From Mobula hypostoma (Eukaryota), in the NCBI RefSeq assembly GCF_963921235.1, contig NC_086108.1, forward strand, positions 91,328,001-91,392,000: a stretch of 64,000 nucleotides of DNA, given 5' to 3'. The notes below the pieces were generated by a model, which was given only the letters and a program-made list of their open reading frames with translations, was not told the origin of the DNA and did no database searches. Shown here piece by piece: positions 37,431 through 52,269 of the stretch (positions within the stretch are counted from its first letter, which is position 1; the number at the start of each line of letters is the position of its first letter). The translations under genes and the position numbers were made by a program.

Positions 37431-37982
37431 ATGTTGTCACGTTGGTTGATTTATGATGAAGAGTATCGAAGTTATTTACGAGAGAGCAAAGAGAAGTTAA
37501 GGGAAAGATTCTGTCTCCTACTATTACATATTGCTGAAGTGCTTTTGCTTATAATATGTGCTTTTTGAAAAGCCTTTACAAATATTCAGTCTAAGTTAGG
37601 GAGTGTTAACAATTATCATTTTGAAACCACCTTGAGGAAGGAACAAAAAGACCATGCCAAAATTTAAGGTGATATTGACTTTTTTTTAAGAACGTGAATA
37701 CTTGCCCTTTTCTCATTGTTACCATCAGGGACAATGTCTTCCCATCTGCCATTAGATTGCTAAATGGACATTGAACCCATGAACACATGAACACTACTTC
37801 ACTTTTTTTCTCTTTTTTTTTCTACTTATTTAATTTAACTTACTTTAGTATATATTTGTTTCCTACCACGATTTACAGTTTTTATTATTATATATTGCAA
37901 TATACTGCTGCCATATAACAACAAGTTTCACAACATATGCTGATGATATTAAATCTGATTCTGACTTGTGAGGCTATGTAAG

Positions 37983-38212
37983 TGATGCACTATCAATTAC
38001 TCCAAAAGACTGGAAGTAGAGTAGATACTGAAAGGCTTTTATTAACAGTAAAATGGGTCCTCGTCCATGCTGTGTCTGTCCTGGACTGAGGGAGGAGCAG
38101 TGGCACAATCGCCTTTATTCAGGGGTCTGTGGGAGGAGCCACAGGAGCAGTTGGCAGAGGGGTGTGTCCAGACAGGTCACCCAGTTACAACATATATACA
38201 TGGTTTACCACA
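37983..38212 (-). mobile_element. Solo LTR (230 bp)
   Basis: TG...CA termini (TGATGC..ACCACA); perfect 5-bp TSD GTAAG (37978-37982 and 38213-38217); AATAAA on the minus strand. Confidence 0.8.
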
Positions 38213-38346
38213 GTAAGGGAGCCTGCCTTTTGGGGAAATTTAACAACTTCCTTGCCAGCATCCAACTAAAAACGACAACTCAGAACTGATTTGTCCAAAT
38301 GTTCTAGGAAACTCTGTAAAGGGATACCAAAAAGAACATACTCAAG

Positions 38347-38347
<1 letters not shown>

Positions 38348-38378
<31 letters not shown>
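38348..38378. repeat. (AC)n microsatellite
   Basis: About 15 perfect AC units. Confidence 0.95.
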
Positions 38379-38384
<6 letters not shown>

Positions 38385-39161
38385 CCATGCAAACCCCTCC
38401 TAGCTTGTAGAAATTAATTCACATTTAACAAGGCTGTCCCAGTGAAACTGATTTTGCACTTCTGTTTTTGTGTATGTTCTGTACTTGACTGAGCAGATTC
38501 AGAACTCCATTGTGTTTAATAATTAAAAGAATGTTATCTTCAAACTTTGCTTAGGGTCGGTTGTTCCATTTAAGGAGCCGGGACATCATATTGAAATAGC
38601 ATCTTAACTCTGAATTGTTTCAATGTTTCTTTCCACCATCCAGCTTCTTCCCCCTCCCCCATCCGACTTCTGACCAGACAATGAATTCACCCGTGAACAT
38701 TACATCACAATTTTTGCTCTCTTTTTGCACTAATTACTTAGCCACAAAGCAACAAATTTCACGACATATGCTGGTGATATTAAACCTAATCCTCGTTTGG
38801 ATTTTGATACAGCATGGAACATAGAGAGGTATGAAAGAGAAACAGGGCCCTTCAGTTCACAATGCTGTGCTGACCTATCTAACCAATCTCATCTGCTTGC
38901 ACACGGTCCATGTCCCTCCATTCCCTGCCTGTCAGCGTTCCTGACCAAATGCTTCTCGGTCATCAATATCACATCTGCTTCTCCCACCTCCCCTGGCAAC
39001 GCACTGCAAGCATTTGACATTCTCTCTGTTAAAGACTTACCTTCCTTAACATCTCCCCCTCTCACTTTAAAGTTTTGCTCTCCAGTAGTCAGAGATTTAA
39101 AGAGATTAATGATTAGCTTTACTTGTCACATGTACATCGAAACATAAAATGAAATGTGTTG

Positions 39162-39363
39162 ACACAAGAAAATCTGCAGATGCTGGAGATCCAAAGCAAC
39201 ACACACAAAATGCTGGAGGAGCTCAGTAGGCCAGGCAGCATCTGTGGAAAAGAGTAAACAGTCAGAATTGAAGAAGTGTCCTGGCCTGAAACATTGACTG
39301 TTTACTCTTTTCCATAAATGCTGCCTGGCCTACTGAGTTCCTCCAACATTTTGTGTGTGTTGC
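39162..39363. mobile_element. Fold-back Penelope-derived element with 69-bp inverted arms
   Basis: Arms 39196-39264 and 39295-39363 match at 65 of 69 positions; the 30-nt spacer contains TTGAAGA..GGCCTGAAACATT, a decayed hammerhead core. Confidence 0.9.
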
Positions 39364-39889
39364 AATGAGATGCAATATTTGAGTCAAATCAAATCAGTGA
39401 GGATGTGCTGGGCAGCCTGCAAGAGTTGCCACCCTTCTGGTGCCAACATAGCAACCCCACAACTCACTACACCTAACCGTAAGTCTTTGGAATGTGGGAA
39501 GAAACTGGAGTACCGGGAGGAAAATCACACTATCACGTGGAGAATTTATAAACTCCTTACAGCAGCAGGAATCGAACCCAGGTAGTGCTGCAATAGTATT
39601 ACACTAACTGCAAGACTCCAAGTATAAACCCTATCCAAGCCTTTCATTACTTTATAAATTTCTATCAGCTCCAGTGCTTCAGAGAGAACAATGTAATTTT
39701 GCCCAATCTCTCCTTATGGTTAATCTCAAGGTTTAGTAGGTATAGGTATTATTACTAATAGTGTTTCTCCTTATTAGTTCAGATGAAGGGTCTCCAACCT
39801 GGAATGTCAACTGGTTATCTCTCCACAGATTCTGCCTGGCCTGCTGAGCATTTCCAGAATTTCTACTTTTATGTCAGTAGATGCCAGAC

Positions 39890-40138
39890 TTGGCACTGAC
39901 AGTCATATCCATAAGGTATGTTGCATCAGGAATTATTTCCAGTTAGCAGAAGATTTCCTTCCACGCTTCTCTGACGTACTGGGAAATTGTGTATGAGGCA
40001 AGTTACAGCAGTGGTTTGCCATTGCCTTCTGCCAGGTGAGTTTTTTTTTAAGAGATCACCAGCACTTACCGGAAGCCGGCTGGATCCAAACTCGGGACCT
40101 CTCGCCCCGAAGTCCAGCGCTGATGTCACTACGCCACC
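39890..40138 (-). mobile_element. tRNA-headed SINE with an RTE/BovB-type segment
   Basis: Minus strand has A box GGTGGCGTAGTG and B-box-like GAGTTTGGATCC, then GAAGGCAATGGCAAACCACTGCTGTAACTTGCC. Confidence 0.7.
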
Positions 40139-40184
40139 ATAGATTGGTTTCATACTTCTAGTATGACTATGGGTTGGAAGGACT

Positions 40185-40795
40185 TAGAGTCATAGAAAAG
40201 TACAGCACAGAAATAAGCCCTTCAGCCCATCTAAACCCTGCTGAACCATTTAAACAGTCTACTCCCATCGACTTGCACCGGGACCATAGCCCTCCATACG
40301 CCTACCATCCATGTACCTATCCAAACTTCTCTTAAACATTGAAATCAAGTTTACATGCTCCACTGGCAGCACATTCCACATGCTCGCCACCCTCTAAGTG
40401 AAGAAGTTTCCCCTCGTTCCCCTTAAACTTTTCACCTATCACCCTTAACCTATGGCCTCTGCTTGTAATCCCACCTAACCTCAGTAGAAAAAGCCTACTT
40501 GCATTTACCCTATGTATACCCCTCATAATTTTGTACAACTCTATCAAATGCCCCTCAGTATTCTACATTCCAAAAAATAAGGTCCTAACCTATTCAATCT
40601 TTCTTTATAACTCAGGTCCTCCAGACACAGCAACATCCCGGTAAATCTTCTCTGTATTCTTTCAATCTTACTTACATCCTTCCTGTAAGTAGGGGAGCAA
40701 AACTGCACACAATACTCCAAATTAGGGCTCACCAATGTCTTATACAATTACAATATAACATTCATCTCCTCTACTCAATATTTTGATTTGTGAAG
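40185..40795 (-). mobile_element. CR1 3' fragment
   Basis: ORFs 40544-40747 (LEYCVQF) and 40332-40547; tail at ~40185-40235. Confidence 0.9.
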
Positions 40796-41774
40796 CTCCT
40801 GTTTTCTTTATAATGCTCTTTGGTTCAGAATTCAGTTAGTGTTAACCTTATTTTACTTGCGTGAGGAGACATGACTGTTGACAGTAAATGGATGGCTACA
40901 AAGGCCAAACCTTGATCTTCTATAAGGGCTGCCTCACCAAGGACCTGTCCCATTGTCCAGACTTATCTCCTGCTGACCCCACGCCCATACATAATTCCTC
41001 CAGAAGAGATGATCGCTGTGCCCTATCCTATTCCTGCACCTTCTGATTTGAAGCAGGCGGAGAGTTAAACTTGAGTGCACTCTATTAGGCCTTACATATA
41101 CAGTGACCAGACAGCTGTGTCAATTATAAACTAGTGGAGGCATTAAAATACTATTCAAAGAGTGTTGAATAATATCAATACAATTATAATAGAAAATGAA
41201 ACAGAAATGCATTAATTAAAACACACTAAAATGCAAGTTATTAAAAAGATTAAATTGAAGTAAAGTAAGTGAAGCATTTTCTTTTTTCACAATGTTAAAT
41301 TCACATCAGCTTCTCGACGTAAAGTCACAGAATGTTTCCTTCAAGCTGCAGGAGGCTGTGGGCCAGATGGAATTATCGGCATCTGGCTTTCAGCTTGGTG
41401 TGGAAATCTGGATTTAATCCCACATGGGCAGATTTTCAAACCTGGATGTGGAACATCTGATTGTTGGCACTTTCCTTTGGACCCTGCGGCTATGAGACAG
41501 CACCTTTCCACTTGTACAAAACTGGAGATCTTTGCAGAGTATGTTAATTCAGATCAGTTGGGGTTAATAGTGAAAACTTGATTTTTTAAAAATCTAAACA
41601 GACAAGGACTGACAATGTCCTTTCCTGGTTATATATTAAGTGGACAGTTTCCTATTGGCTTCCTCCAAGCTTGCCTGCAAGGAAGCAGGTCTGATAAACT
41701 GCTCATACCCGGCCCATTGCTATTTTGGCTCTGTGGAGGTGCAAGATCCTCCAAATTCACAAAAACAGTTTAAA

Positions 41775-42190
41775 TAAACCATGCTGCATGGACTAGAGAG
41801 CATGTCTTATGAAGATAGGCTGAGCGAGCTAGGGTTTTTCACCTTGAATTGAAGGAAGACGAGAGATGACTTGATAGGCATGTACAAGATGATAAGAGGC
41901 ACAGATCGAGTGGACATGATTTTAGGGTGATTGGAGGAAAGTATAGGGGCGATGTCAGAGATGAATTCTTTAAGCAGAGTGAGGTGTATGTGTGGAATGC
42001 CCTGCTTGGGGGGTGGTGGAAGAAGATGATGATACGTTAGAGGCATTTTAAGATCTTAGATTGATGATAGAAAAATGGAGGTCTATGTAGGAGGGAAGGG
42101 TTAAATTGATCTTTGAGTAGTTTAAAAGCTTGGTACAACATCATGGTCCAAAACGCCTGCACTATGCTGTAGTGTTCCATGATCTATATT
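41775..42190 (+). mobile_element. CR1 3' fragment
   Basis: SYEDRLSELGF and YKMIRG remnants; tail TGCTGTAGTGTTCCATG. Confidence 0.8.
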
Positions 42191-42204
42191 ATTTAAACCA
42201 ATAT

Positions 42205-42620
42205 CAGTGTCCTCTCTGAATCCAACACCCCAGAAATGAGTTCCTAGCTACACTCATGCAGTTACATTAGGCAAGCCACATTATTTGTATGCTCAACATC
42301 AGATAAGAGACAGACGCTCTGTTCTGAGTTACACCATGGGAAGAGTTTACTAGGCAAACAGAGGTCAAGGTTCAAGGATGTTCTCAAAGCCTTCAGGAAG
42401 TTCAACAATCCCCCTGGTCCCTGGAAACCTCTGACCCATGAGCATCAATATGGAGAAAGATAATTCAGGATGGTGCTGACGACTTCAAGGCTATGCACTG
42501 AGACACCAGGAGGTTCTACTGAAGCAGTGGGAGGAGCATATCACTGGAACAGGCATTATCTGCCTTATCCTTTGGCAAGTTTGCACAATGATCTCAACCC
42601 TTCACCTTAAAACCGGAGTG
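42205..42620 (+). mobile_element. Old RTE-clade LINE C-terminal fragment
   Basis: Translates in pieces as QTLCSELHHGKSLLGKQRSRFKDVLKA..WKPLTHE..WRKIIQDG, resembling the RTE/BovB C-terminus. Confidence 0.65.
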
Positions 42621-45002
42621 AAAGTTGTCATCATCTCACAGTCCTGTCCAAAATGGAGCTGCTGAGGCTACCTTTGAAATCCGACTGATATCAGCTATTG
42701 AATAGTAGTTCCATTCACAGCAATAAGGTGGAACCTGATGAAACCTAGAAGCTGACATCTGCTTCATAAACCCAGCTGAAGTACCTTGAGGAAAAACTGG
42801 GTCATGAATCACAAATTCATTGCATCAGAGATGGAAGCCCATTTTCTTTTATTGATGCAAGTTAAATAATGTCATTTTAGGCAGCCGTAAACAGTGTTCT
42901 GCCTTCAGTATATTATATCAATGATTTATTCTGGCTGCTATATAATTTTAATTAGTCATTCTAGCTCGAGCAGTGCTATCTGGAGTCATTTGGGTGGCCC
43001 ACAGAAATCAAGGGTACACTGACCATGTAACTTAACATATAAGCATAGAAAACCTACAGCACAGTACAGGCCTTTTGGCCCACAATGCTGTGCCGAAAAT
43101 GTACTTATTTTAGAAATTACTTAGGGTTACACAGAGCCCTCTATTTTTCTAAGTTCCATGTACCTGTCCAAGAGTCTCCATGCCTATTAGTGGACAGACT
43201 GGAGAAACGGAGACTCTTCTCCCTTTTGTACAGATCCCCCTGGCGATTTATTAAAAATGCTGTAAGTCACACAGGGTCTGGACAAAGTGAATAAAAAAGG
43301 TTTTGTTCCTAATGGTGGACGGGTAAAGAATCAGAGGATGCGGACCTGAAGCTACTAGCAAATCAAACCACAGATAAGATGATGAAAGTATAAAACCATA
43401 CAAAATAGAAACAGAAGTAGACTATCAAACCTTTTGAAGCATCTCCACTATTTTTATCAACACCATGGTAATCTACTACTTCAGTGCCCTCTTCCTGCCC
43501 TTTCCCACATCTCATGATTCCCTTAATGCCCATTGATTGATAGTGCAGCATGGTAGTGTAGCGGCTTGTGTGATGCTTTGGAATGCTGGCTGTAAGATCA
43601 AGGACTTCCTGTCTGGAAGGAGATTGTATGTTCTCCCTATGACCACATGGGTTTCTTCCAGGTGCCCCAGCTTCCTTCCACATGCCAAAGATGCAAGAGT
43701 TGCGTGCATGCTATGTTGGTGTTGGAAGCACGTGAACACTTATAGGCTGTCTCCAGCACAGCTTTGACACAAACGACGCATTTCACTGTACATTTCAATG
43801 TTTTGATGTACATGTGACAAATAAAGCTAATATGTTAACCAATCTCTGTTTTAAATGAGTACAACAACTTTGATCCACAGGGGTAGATAATTCCAAAGGT
43901 TTGCTCCCACTGAGTGAAGGAAGTTCTCATCTTAGTCTAGAGAAACATGTCTCATTTGAGAGTATACAGTACATGTTTATAGTTAAGTGACAATAAACTT
44001 GACTTGAATTGACATTAGAAACAAAATCCTTCCTGTGATGGCAAATCTATACCAGGCACCAGTAAGAACTTACAAAAGTAGGAACAATGGATTCTAATTC
44101 TCAGGGGAAGCAGAACCAACTATTGACATAACTCAACTTAATAAATGGAGGACCTACAAATCCCACTGTCCACTCTTTATATATGGAGAGGTACAGGAGT
44201 GGAAAAAAAAGACATTTTAATCAAGGAGGTACTCTTAAAAGTTCCTTTTGCACTGTATTGCTGTTCTGTACTATATTGAATTGTCGCCATCAATTTACAC
44301 AGAGCAAATGTCCTCTGATGGAAGTTGAAATAGTTGAGGTGAATGGCTAAGACGGAAGAGTCTGGAATTGGGAGCACTAAGCAATCTGCAAGAGGGACTT
44401 GTTGCATTAAGCAGCATCCACGGGAGGAAAGGAATTGTCAACGCTGATAAGTATAATGACAGGTTTCGTGTCAGAGTGAATAGTGGGAGACTGTACCTAT
44501 TGGAGGGGGTTGTATGGAAAGGTCAAGAACTGGAAGCACATAGGTATAAAATAAAGGGGATGAGGACTGAGAATGACATTAACAATATTTTTATTATGTA
44601 GCCTGTGGTTCAAAGCTGGAATAGAAGTAGACTACAGCAAAGGAGTGTCCTGTGAATTTTAAATGGTGTTCAATAAAAATAAAATTTACTCAGTCTGGGA
44701 CTGCTCATATGGACTTTCAACATAAACGTAGACAGAACAGTGTGAGTTGGACTCTAGCCCATGCAACAATTGTTTGGACCTGAGTGAATTCTGTTATTGG
44801 TGGTAGAGTTTTCTTCAGCGTAGAGGCTGAAGGCCATGAAGGAAGTGCTGGAGAGTGGATAATGAGGTAGGTTACAGAGAAAAGTCACAGAAGATTGCAA
44901 GGGCGGTTGCATGAAGGATGCTTCCAGATGGACTACGCTTCCTTTATTTTTTCCTTGTGTTCTTATTGCAGTAGTTTGATTTTTAAATTATTTTTAATTT
45001 TC

Positions 45003-47077
<2,075 letters not shown>

Positions 47078-49829
47078 ACTATGTTTTATAAAATGGAGAA
47101 GAGAACTGTTCACTAAGTGTAATCTAACCAAGAAGGGACTTAGCCCGAACCATCAACTGTTTCCTCTTTTCCACAGATGTTGCCTGGCCTGCTGAGCTCT
47201 TCTAGCATTTTGTATGTGTTAATCTAACTAATGTTTTATACATGTTTAACACAAGTATGATTTTACTTTCTTTCCTCTTGAACTGAACCTAGTGCTGTGT
47301 ATGCTATTAAGTTATCTGATCATTCTTTGCAGCATGTGTACCTGCACTTTCTCTGTAGTTGTTACACTTTATTTTGAATTCTGTTATTGCTTTATCTTAC
47401 CTCAGTGAACTGTGTAATGAATTGATCTCTATGAAAAGTAGGTAGGACAAGCCTTTTTACTGTACCTTGGTACATGTGAAAATGATAAACCAATTACAAT
47501 TCCAATTGCAATGAACCTTGTGCAATGTTACTTCTCCGCTTTAAGCCATGATTCACAGACCAGATGACCAGTTGAAGAGCCATTACCCACAAGGCTATAC
47601 ACAAAAACTCGGAAGTGGGGTTAACCAAAAATCCATTTTTAGCAGGTGTGGAAATGGCAAAGTTAACGGCCTCCTTCTGAACTATTAACATCTGTCACTT
47701 AAGATCCTTTGACCTTTACTCGCTGTTCTTGTTTTGCAGTTGGAAGCTATCTATTCCATGGCTTTTAATAGAACATAGAACGCAGAACATAACACAGAGA
47801 GCATAGAAGGTAAACAGTATGCTTTGAGCCCTTCAGCCCATAATGTACCAGGACTTCAAAAGTTTTTAACTTTAATCATGAACATTAACATATCAAGGAC
47901 TCTTCAAATATATCAGGGCAGAAATTCTTCAATGCATATCAATATGCATCAAGTTTCTGAAAACGTGATATTTTACCATGCAGGGAGGCAAACATATTGT
48001 CCATAGTTGCATAAGCCTTGTATGTCAACACACACCAATATCTTCACTTTGCATGGTTCTGTCATTGCAAAGAGCTCAATGCAAGTTTCTTAGGTAATAT
48101 GTTTTGTAAATTGAGAACTGGGAGGGAAGAAGATGAGAAGATCAGTGGGAAAGATTGGTGGGAGCGGTGAAGGCTGTGTTGGAAGCAGGGTAAGCTGAGA
48201 GATAATTTGAGCAGGCCTGAGGGAAAGATTCTGTGAGAGAGTTTGCCAGTGGGGGAAAATGAGCAGGGATTAGGATTAGAATTGAGAAAATGCTCAAGTG
48301 GTGAGGAGAACTATAGGGTAACTAAGCAGGCAGATGGATGTTGGAATGGTGGTGCCAAAGAAATACTTTGATGGGTGCGAATGAAGAAGCTAAGGAAGTC
48401 ATTAGGGACAATGTGGAGCAGGTTGCAGGTGGTAGCAGCACCCAATAGAACATACTGAAGTGAACAAAGTAATACATTGAAACTAACAATCAGGCTTTTT
48501 AATAAAATTGGCATTCATAGAGCATATACAGGAAATTTCATGTTAGATCAGGCATTCTAGGCCATTACTGTACATTTTCAAAGCATTCAATAAAGCTGAT
48601 CAAGTATAAATATAATGCCGGAATGCTTCTGTATGTTAATCTGGAACAGACATGTTTGGGTTGAAAGCATAGCTTCAACAATCACATATTAATGCTTGAA
48701 GTACAAAACCTAACTGGATAAACACTTTTTTTAAAAAAAACACAATGGCAGCTAGAAGATGAACAGTGTGCAAGGGACATATTCACAGAGGATGAAAATT
48801 TTCATTATTTGTACAAATACGTATATGCTTAAAATCATAACAGCAATATACCACTCATCTTAACTGATAATCTTGCATTCTATACCAAGGTGAACAGTTA
48901 ATAAAATCAAAGCTTACAAAATAAGAGAATAAACTGTACATTAAATTGCCAAACAATTATTTCTTTTAAAATGTGCACATGTTCAATAAGCTCGGCAGAT
49001 CAGGCAGTATTAGAGCAGGGAAAAACAGAGTTCGCATTTTATATAAATCAAGGAACAGTCTGTGATGGGGTTCAGACCTGGAGTTCTGCTCCCTCCTCCC
49101 TTGTCCTATGGCTTAATAGCTGCTCATATCAAACTATTATGGTGAAGAGAAATTGATTCAAAGCACTGTCTTTATTTCCCCCTCTGTAAAACCTGCTGCA
49201 TATTCCAGGACTTCCTGCTCTTATTTCCAGATTTCCAAAATCCACAGTTCTTTTTTTTTTGTTTCCAGTGAAAGTCTAGACTTTGATAAAATATTGGAAG
49301 TTTGCATACCAAAGATCTCCTCCAACCAGTCACTGCTGATTGAGGAGAGACAATTTCATAGCCTACGATTACCAGGATATACAAGGATAATAATTAATGT
49401 TTATTTTTGTTAGGCTAGCCATTTAATTGTCCCTTTACAAAGCATACTAGACTTGCTGGCTACAGGCAGTGAATACTAAATACTGAGATAAGTTTGTTTA
49501 TTAGTAAATGAGGCTATAATCCTTAAAAACACCAAATCTCAAAAATATTGTAATATATTCTGAATGGCACTGTAATACCTTATTTTTTATTATTTATACC
49601 AATAACTTAAAAATTATTGTTTAAGTAACCGACTAGCAACTTTTATAGAAATAGCTCGCATTCATTCAATAAACTTTATCATAAGTGTAGTTTAGCAGCA
49701 TTCAGGTTATGAAAATTAATTTTTTTAGAAAAAGTTTGACTTGCATCTACATAGAACTGTCAAATGTATTGGGAAATAATTAAAACGATGCCTCTAATTG
49801 CACACCATCTTTCATGTAGCAAGATAGTC

Positions 49830-50385
49830 GTAGACTCACAGAGTCATGCAGCATGGAAGAAGGCCATTCAGCCTATCATATCTAATCCCACTAGCCGCCT
49901 CAATCCATCTTCCAGCACTTGGCTACAGCATTTGAAGCCTAGGTAATTGAGGTGTTCATCTAGACCAGGGTTTCCAACCTGGGGTCTGCAGACCCCTTAG
50001 TTAATGCTAGGGGTCCATTGCATAAAAAAGGTCAGGAAACCCTGATCCAGACACTTCTTAAATGCAGTTCACCACTCTGCTTCCACTGTTTTCTCTGGCA
50101 GTACATCCCAAGTATTAACATTTTCTGGGTGAAAACCTTCTAAACCTCTGTCTCCGTACCAAAAATCTGTGCCCTCTAGTTTCATTCATCTCTGATAAGG
50201 GGGAAAAGATTCCTGCAGTCTATCCTACACCTCTCAGAGTTTTACCCCAATCATGACCGGCCCCCTAACCTCCTCCCCCCCATGGAATACTGACTCTCCA
50301 ATCTTTCCTCATAACTGAAATACTCCATCCCAGGTGAATCTCCTCTGTAAACCCTTCCAGCACTCTCCCATCCTTCCAATGAATA
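49830..50385 (-). mobile_element. Old CR1 3' fragment
   Basis: Tail CATGCAGCATGGAAGAAGGCCATTCAGCC; TGTGCCCTCTAGT is the reverse of TRGH. Confidence 0.7.
49966..50044. mobile_element. 79-bp hAT/Charlie-like MITE
   Basis: TIRs CAGGGTTTCC / GGAAACCCTG; TSD ATCTAGAC (49958-49965) and ATCCAGAC (50045-50052); internal perfect palindrome GGGGTCTGCAGACCCC. Confidence 0.85.
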
Positions 50386-50489
50386 GTGGCAAGGGGTTTC
50401 GCATAAACAGTCTCAAGAAAATAAAATCTGAATTGCTCTATAAGCTATCCAAGTTCCGAGAAAATGCTGTACAAATGAAGTGAAAAGCA

Positions 50490-51720
50490 AACATGGGCAG
50501 ATGCTAGACATCCGAAATAAAAATGGAAAATTCTGGAACAGGTCAGGGCAACTTTGTGGAGAGAGACGCAAAGTTATGTTTTAGGTCAGAAACAAATAAG
50601 ACAACAGGTACAGTTACATGTTCGGAATGGTGGGGGCGGGGTGTATAAAGATCAAAGGGAATGTCTGTGCAAGATGGACACTAGGGCTGTCTAGGCAACA
50701 CAAGTAATGTAACATCACTTCAAATTTGGGGCTCAATGCTTATCATATGTCCCAAGAAGTTGAAATAGGGGTAATTACTGAGGCAGTGGAGAAGAAAAAC
50801 TGCTGGAACTGTGAGATGCAGAACACAAAAGTGGATGGAAGTTGGAAATATGTAGTAAACACTCAACGGGTCAGGCAGCATCTGTGGAAAGAGAAAAAAA
50901 TGACTTACCACAGGGCGGTGAATTGTCCACTTCTGACACAGAGGAAGGGCTAGTTATCTGAAATTGTTAGATTCACTGTTCCTTCCCAAGGACTGTAATA
51001 TGTCTAGTCAGATGATGAATTGCTGTTACATGAAGCTACATAGGGCTTCATTGAAGTAGTGTGGGAGCCCAAAGGCAGAGCTAGAGTAAGATAGCAAATT
51101 ACAATGGCAGGCAAATGGAAATGCCAGCTTCAAAGTTCAAAGTAAATTTGTTATCAAAGTACAGATATGACACTGTTCACTACCTTGAGATTCATTTTCT
51201 TGCAGGCTTCACAAAAAAAAAAGAAATAGAATGGAATTAATGAAAAGCCAAGCACAGAGACTGACAAATAACCAATGTGCAAAAGACAAACAGTGTAAAA
51301 ATACTGTAAATACATAAATAATATTGAGAACATGAAAGCGAGTCCACAGGTTGTGAGTTCAGAGTTGAGGTGAGGGAAGTTATCCATTCTGGTTCAGGAC
51401 CCTGTTGTTTGAAAGGGGATCACCCACTAAAGGGGGTCACTCAATCTGTGCTTGAATTTTCCACTGCAGATGAGATCACACCATAAAAATTGAATATGAT
51501 GCATTACATCTGAAGAAGAGCTTCCCCCGAAAGCCTGTTTAGATCCTGATTGTGGAAAGGGAAGAATTAAAATGGCAGATGTGACATTGCATGGGAAATG
51601 GTCAGTGGTTGGTGGATTTGGAAAAATGAACCCAGAAACTGCAGAGGAAGTGCTCCCTTTAGAATAATGAGCAGGAAAGAAAGAAGATATGGCTGGTTAC
51701 AGAATCTTATTACAGTTGAA
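50490..51720 (-). mobile_element. Old Penelope fragment (GIY-YIG C-terminus plus pLTR pieces) with a LINE tail inserted at 51130-51420
   Basis: Minus strand 50952-51130 resembles 59790-59970 (PFACH..GLPHYFNEA..QQFI..LDILQ..NNFR); pLTR-like pieces at 50490-50570 and 50800-50890. Confidence 0.55.
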
Positions 51721-52269
51721 AGGATAACTTGCGAGACTGTGGGGAAAATGTGGTTGGATGGGATGGGGTAATTCCATTAAGAGCTAGCCTAGACTCAATG
51801 GACCAAAACTCCTCCTTGAATAGAATAGCAATTGTATTAAAATATGACTCTTTTCTTGCTAATCGTGGGAGAGAAATCAACCAATTGTATCCACGTGTAA
51901 AGATAATAGAAGTAAACAACAACGCAAATAGAAAAAGGGTTGACTAAATCTTTATCCATTTCACTAATTTAGATGAGAAAAGGCTATACTCCAAGATGGT
52001 GGTCAATAAAGCCTATTCTGTCCAAAATACTTAGAAGCTTACTTCTGTCATTCTGTGATTCCAAGTACCATTTGTTTGAAGGTTGACAGGGGATTAAAGA
52101 AAGCCTTTTAACCTTTAAATTATTTTTAATCTGGCTGAAAAGATAAATGCACTCGATAAATATTTAAATCTAAATATCCAGGGGTACCTGATGTTGGCAT
52201 TTTTTTCTTTCTTTAGTGACTCTTCCAAGAGAAGTGCACAACACTGTCTGCCAGCAGCTGGTTCAGTTA

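Noticed and set aside
40070..40138. tRNA gene
   Set aside because: A- and B-box-like motifs are present but there is no complete cloverleaf; it is a SINE head.
52043..52134. Possible minus-strand exon (TTTTCAG|CCAGATT..GACAGAA|GTAAGC; QIKNNLKVKRLSLIPCQPSNKWYLESQNDR)
   Set aside because: Short pyrimidine tract, AT-rich body, mediocre donor and no recognisable product; compatible with chance.
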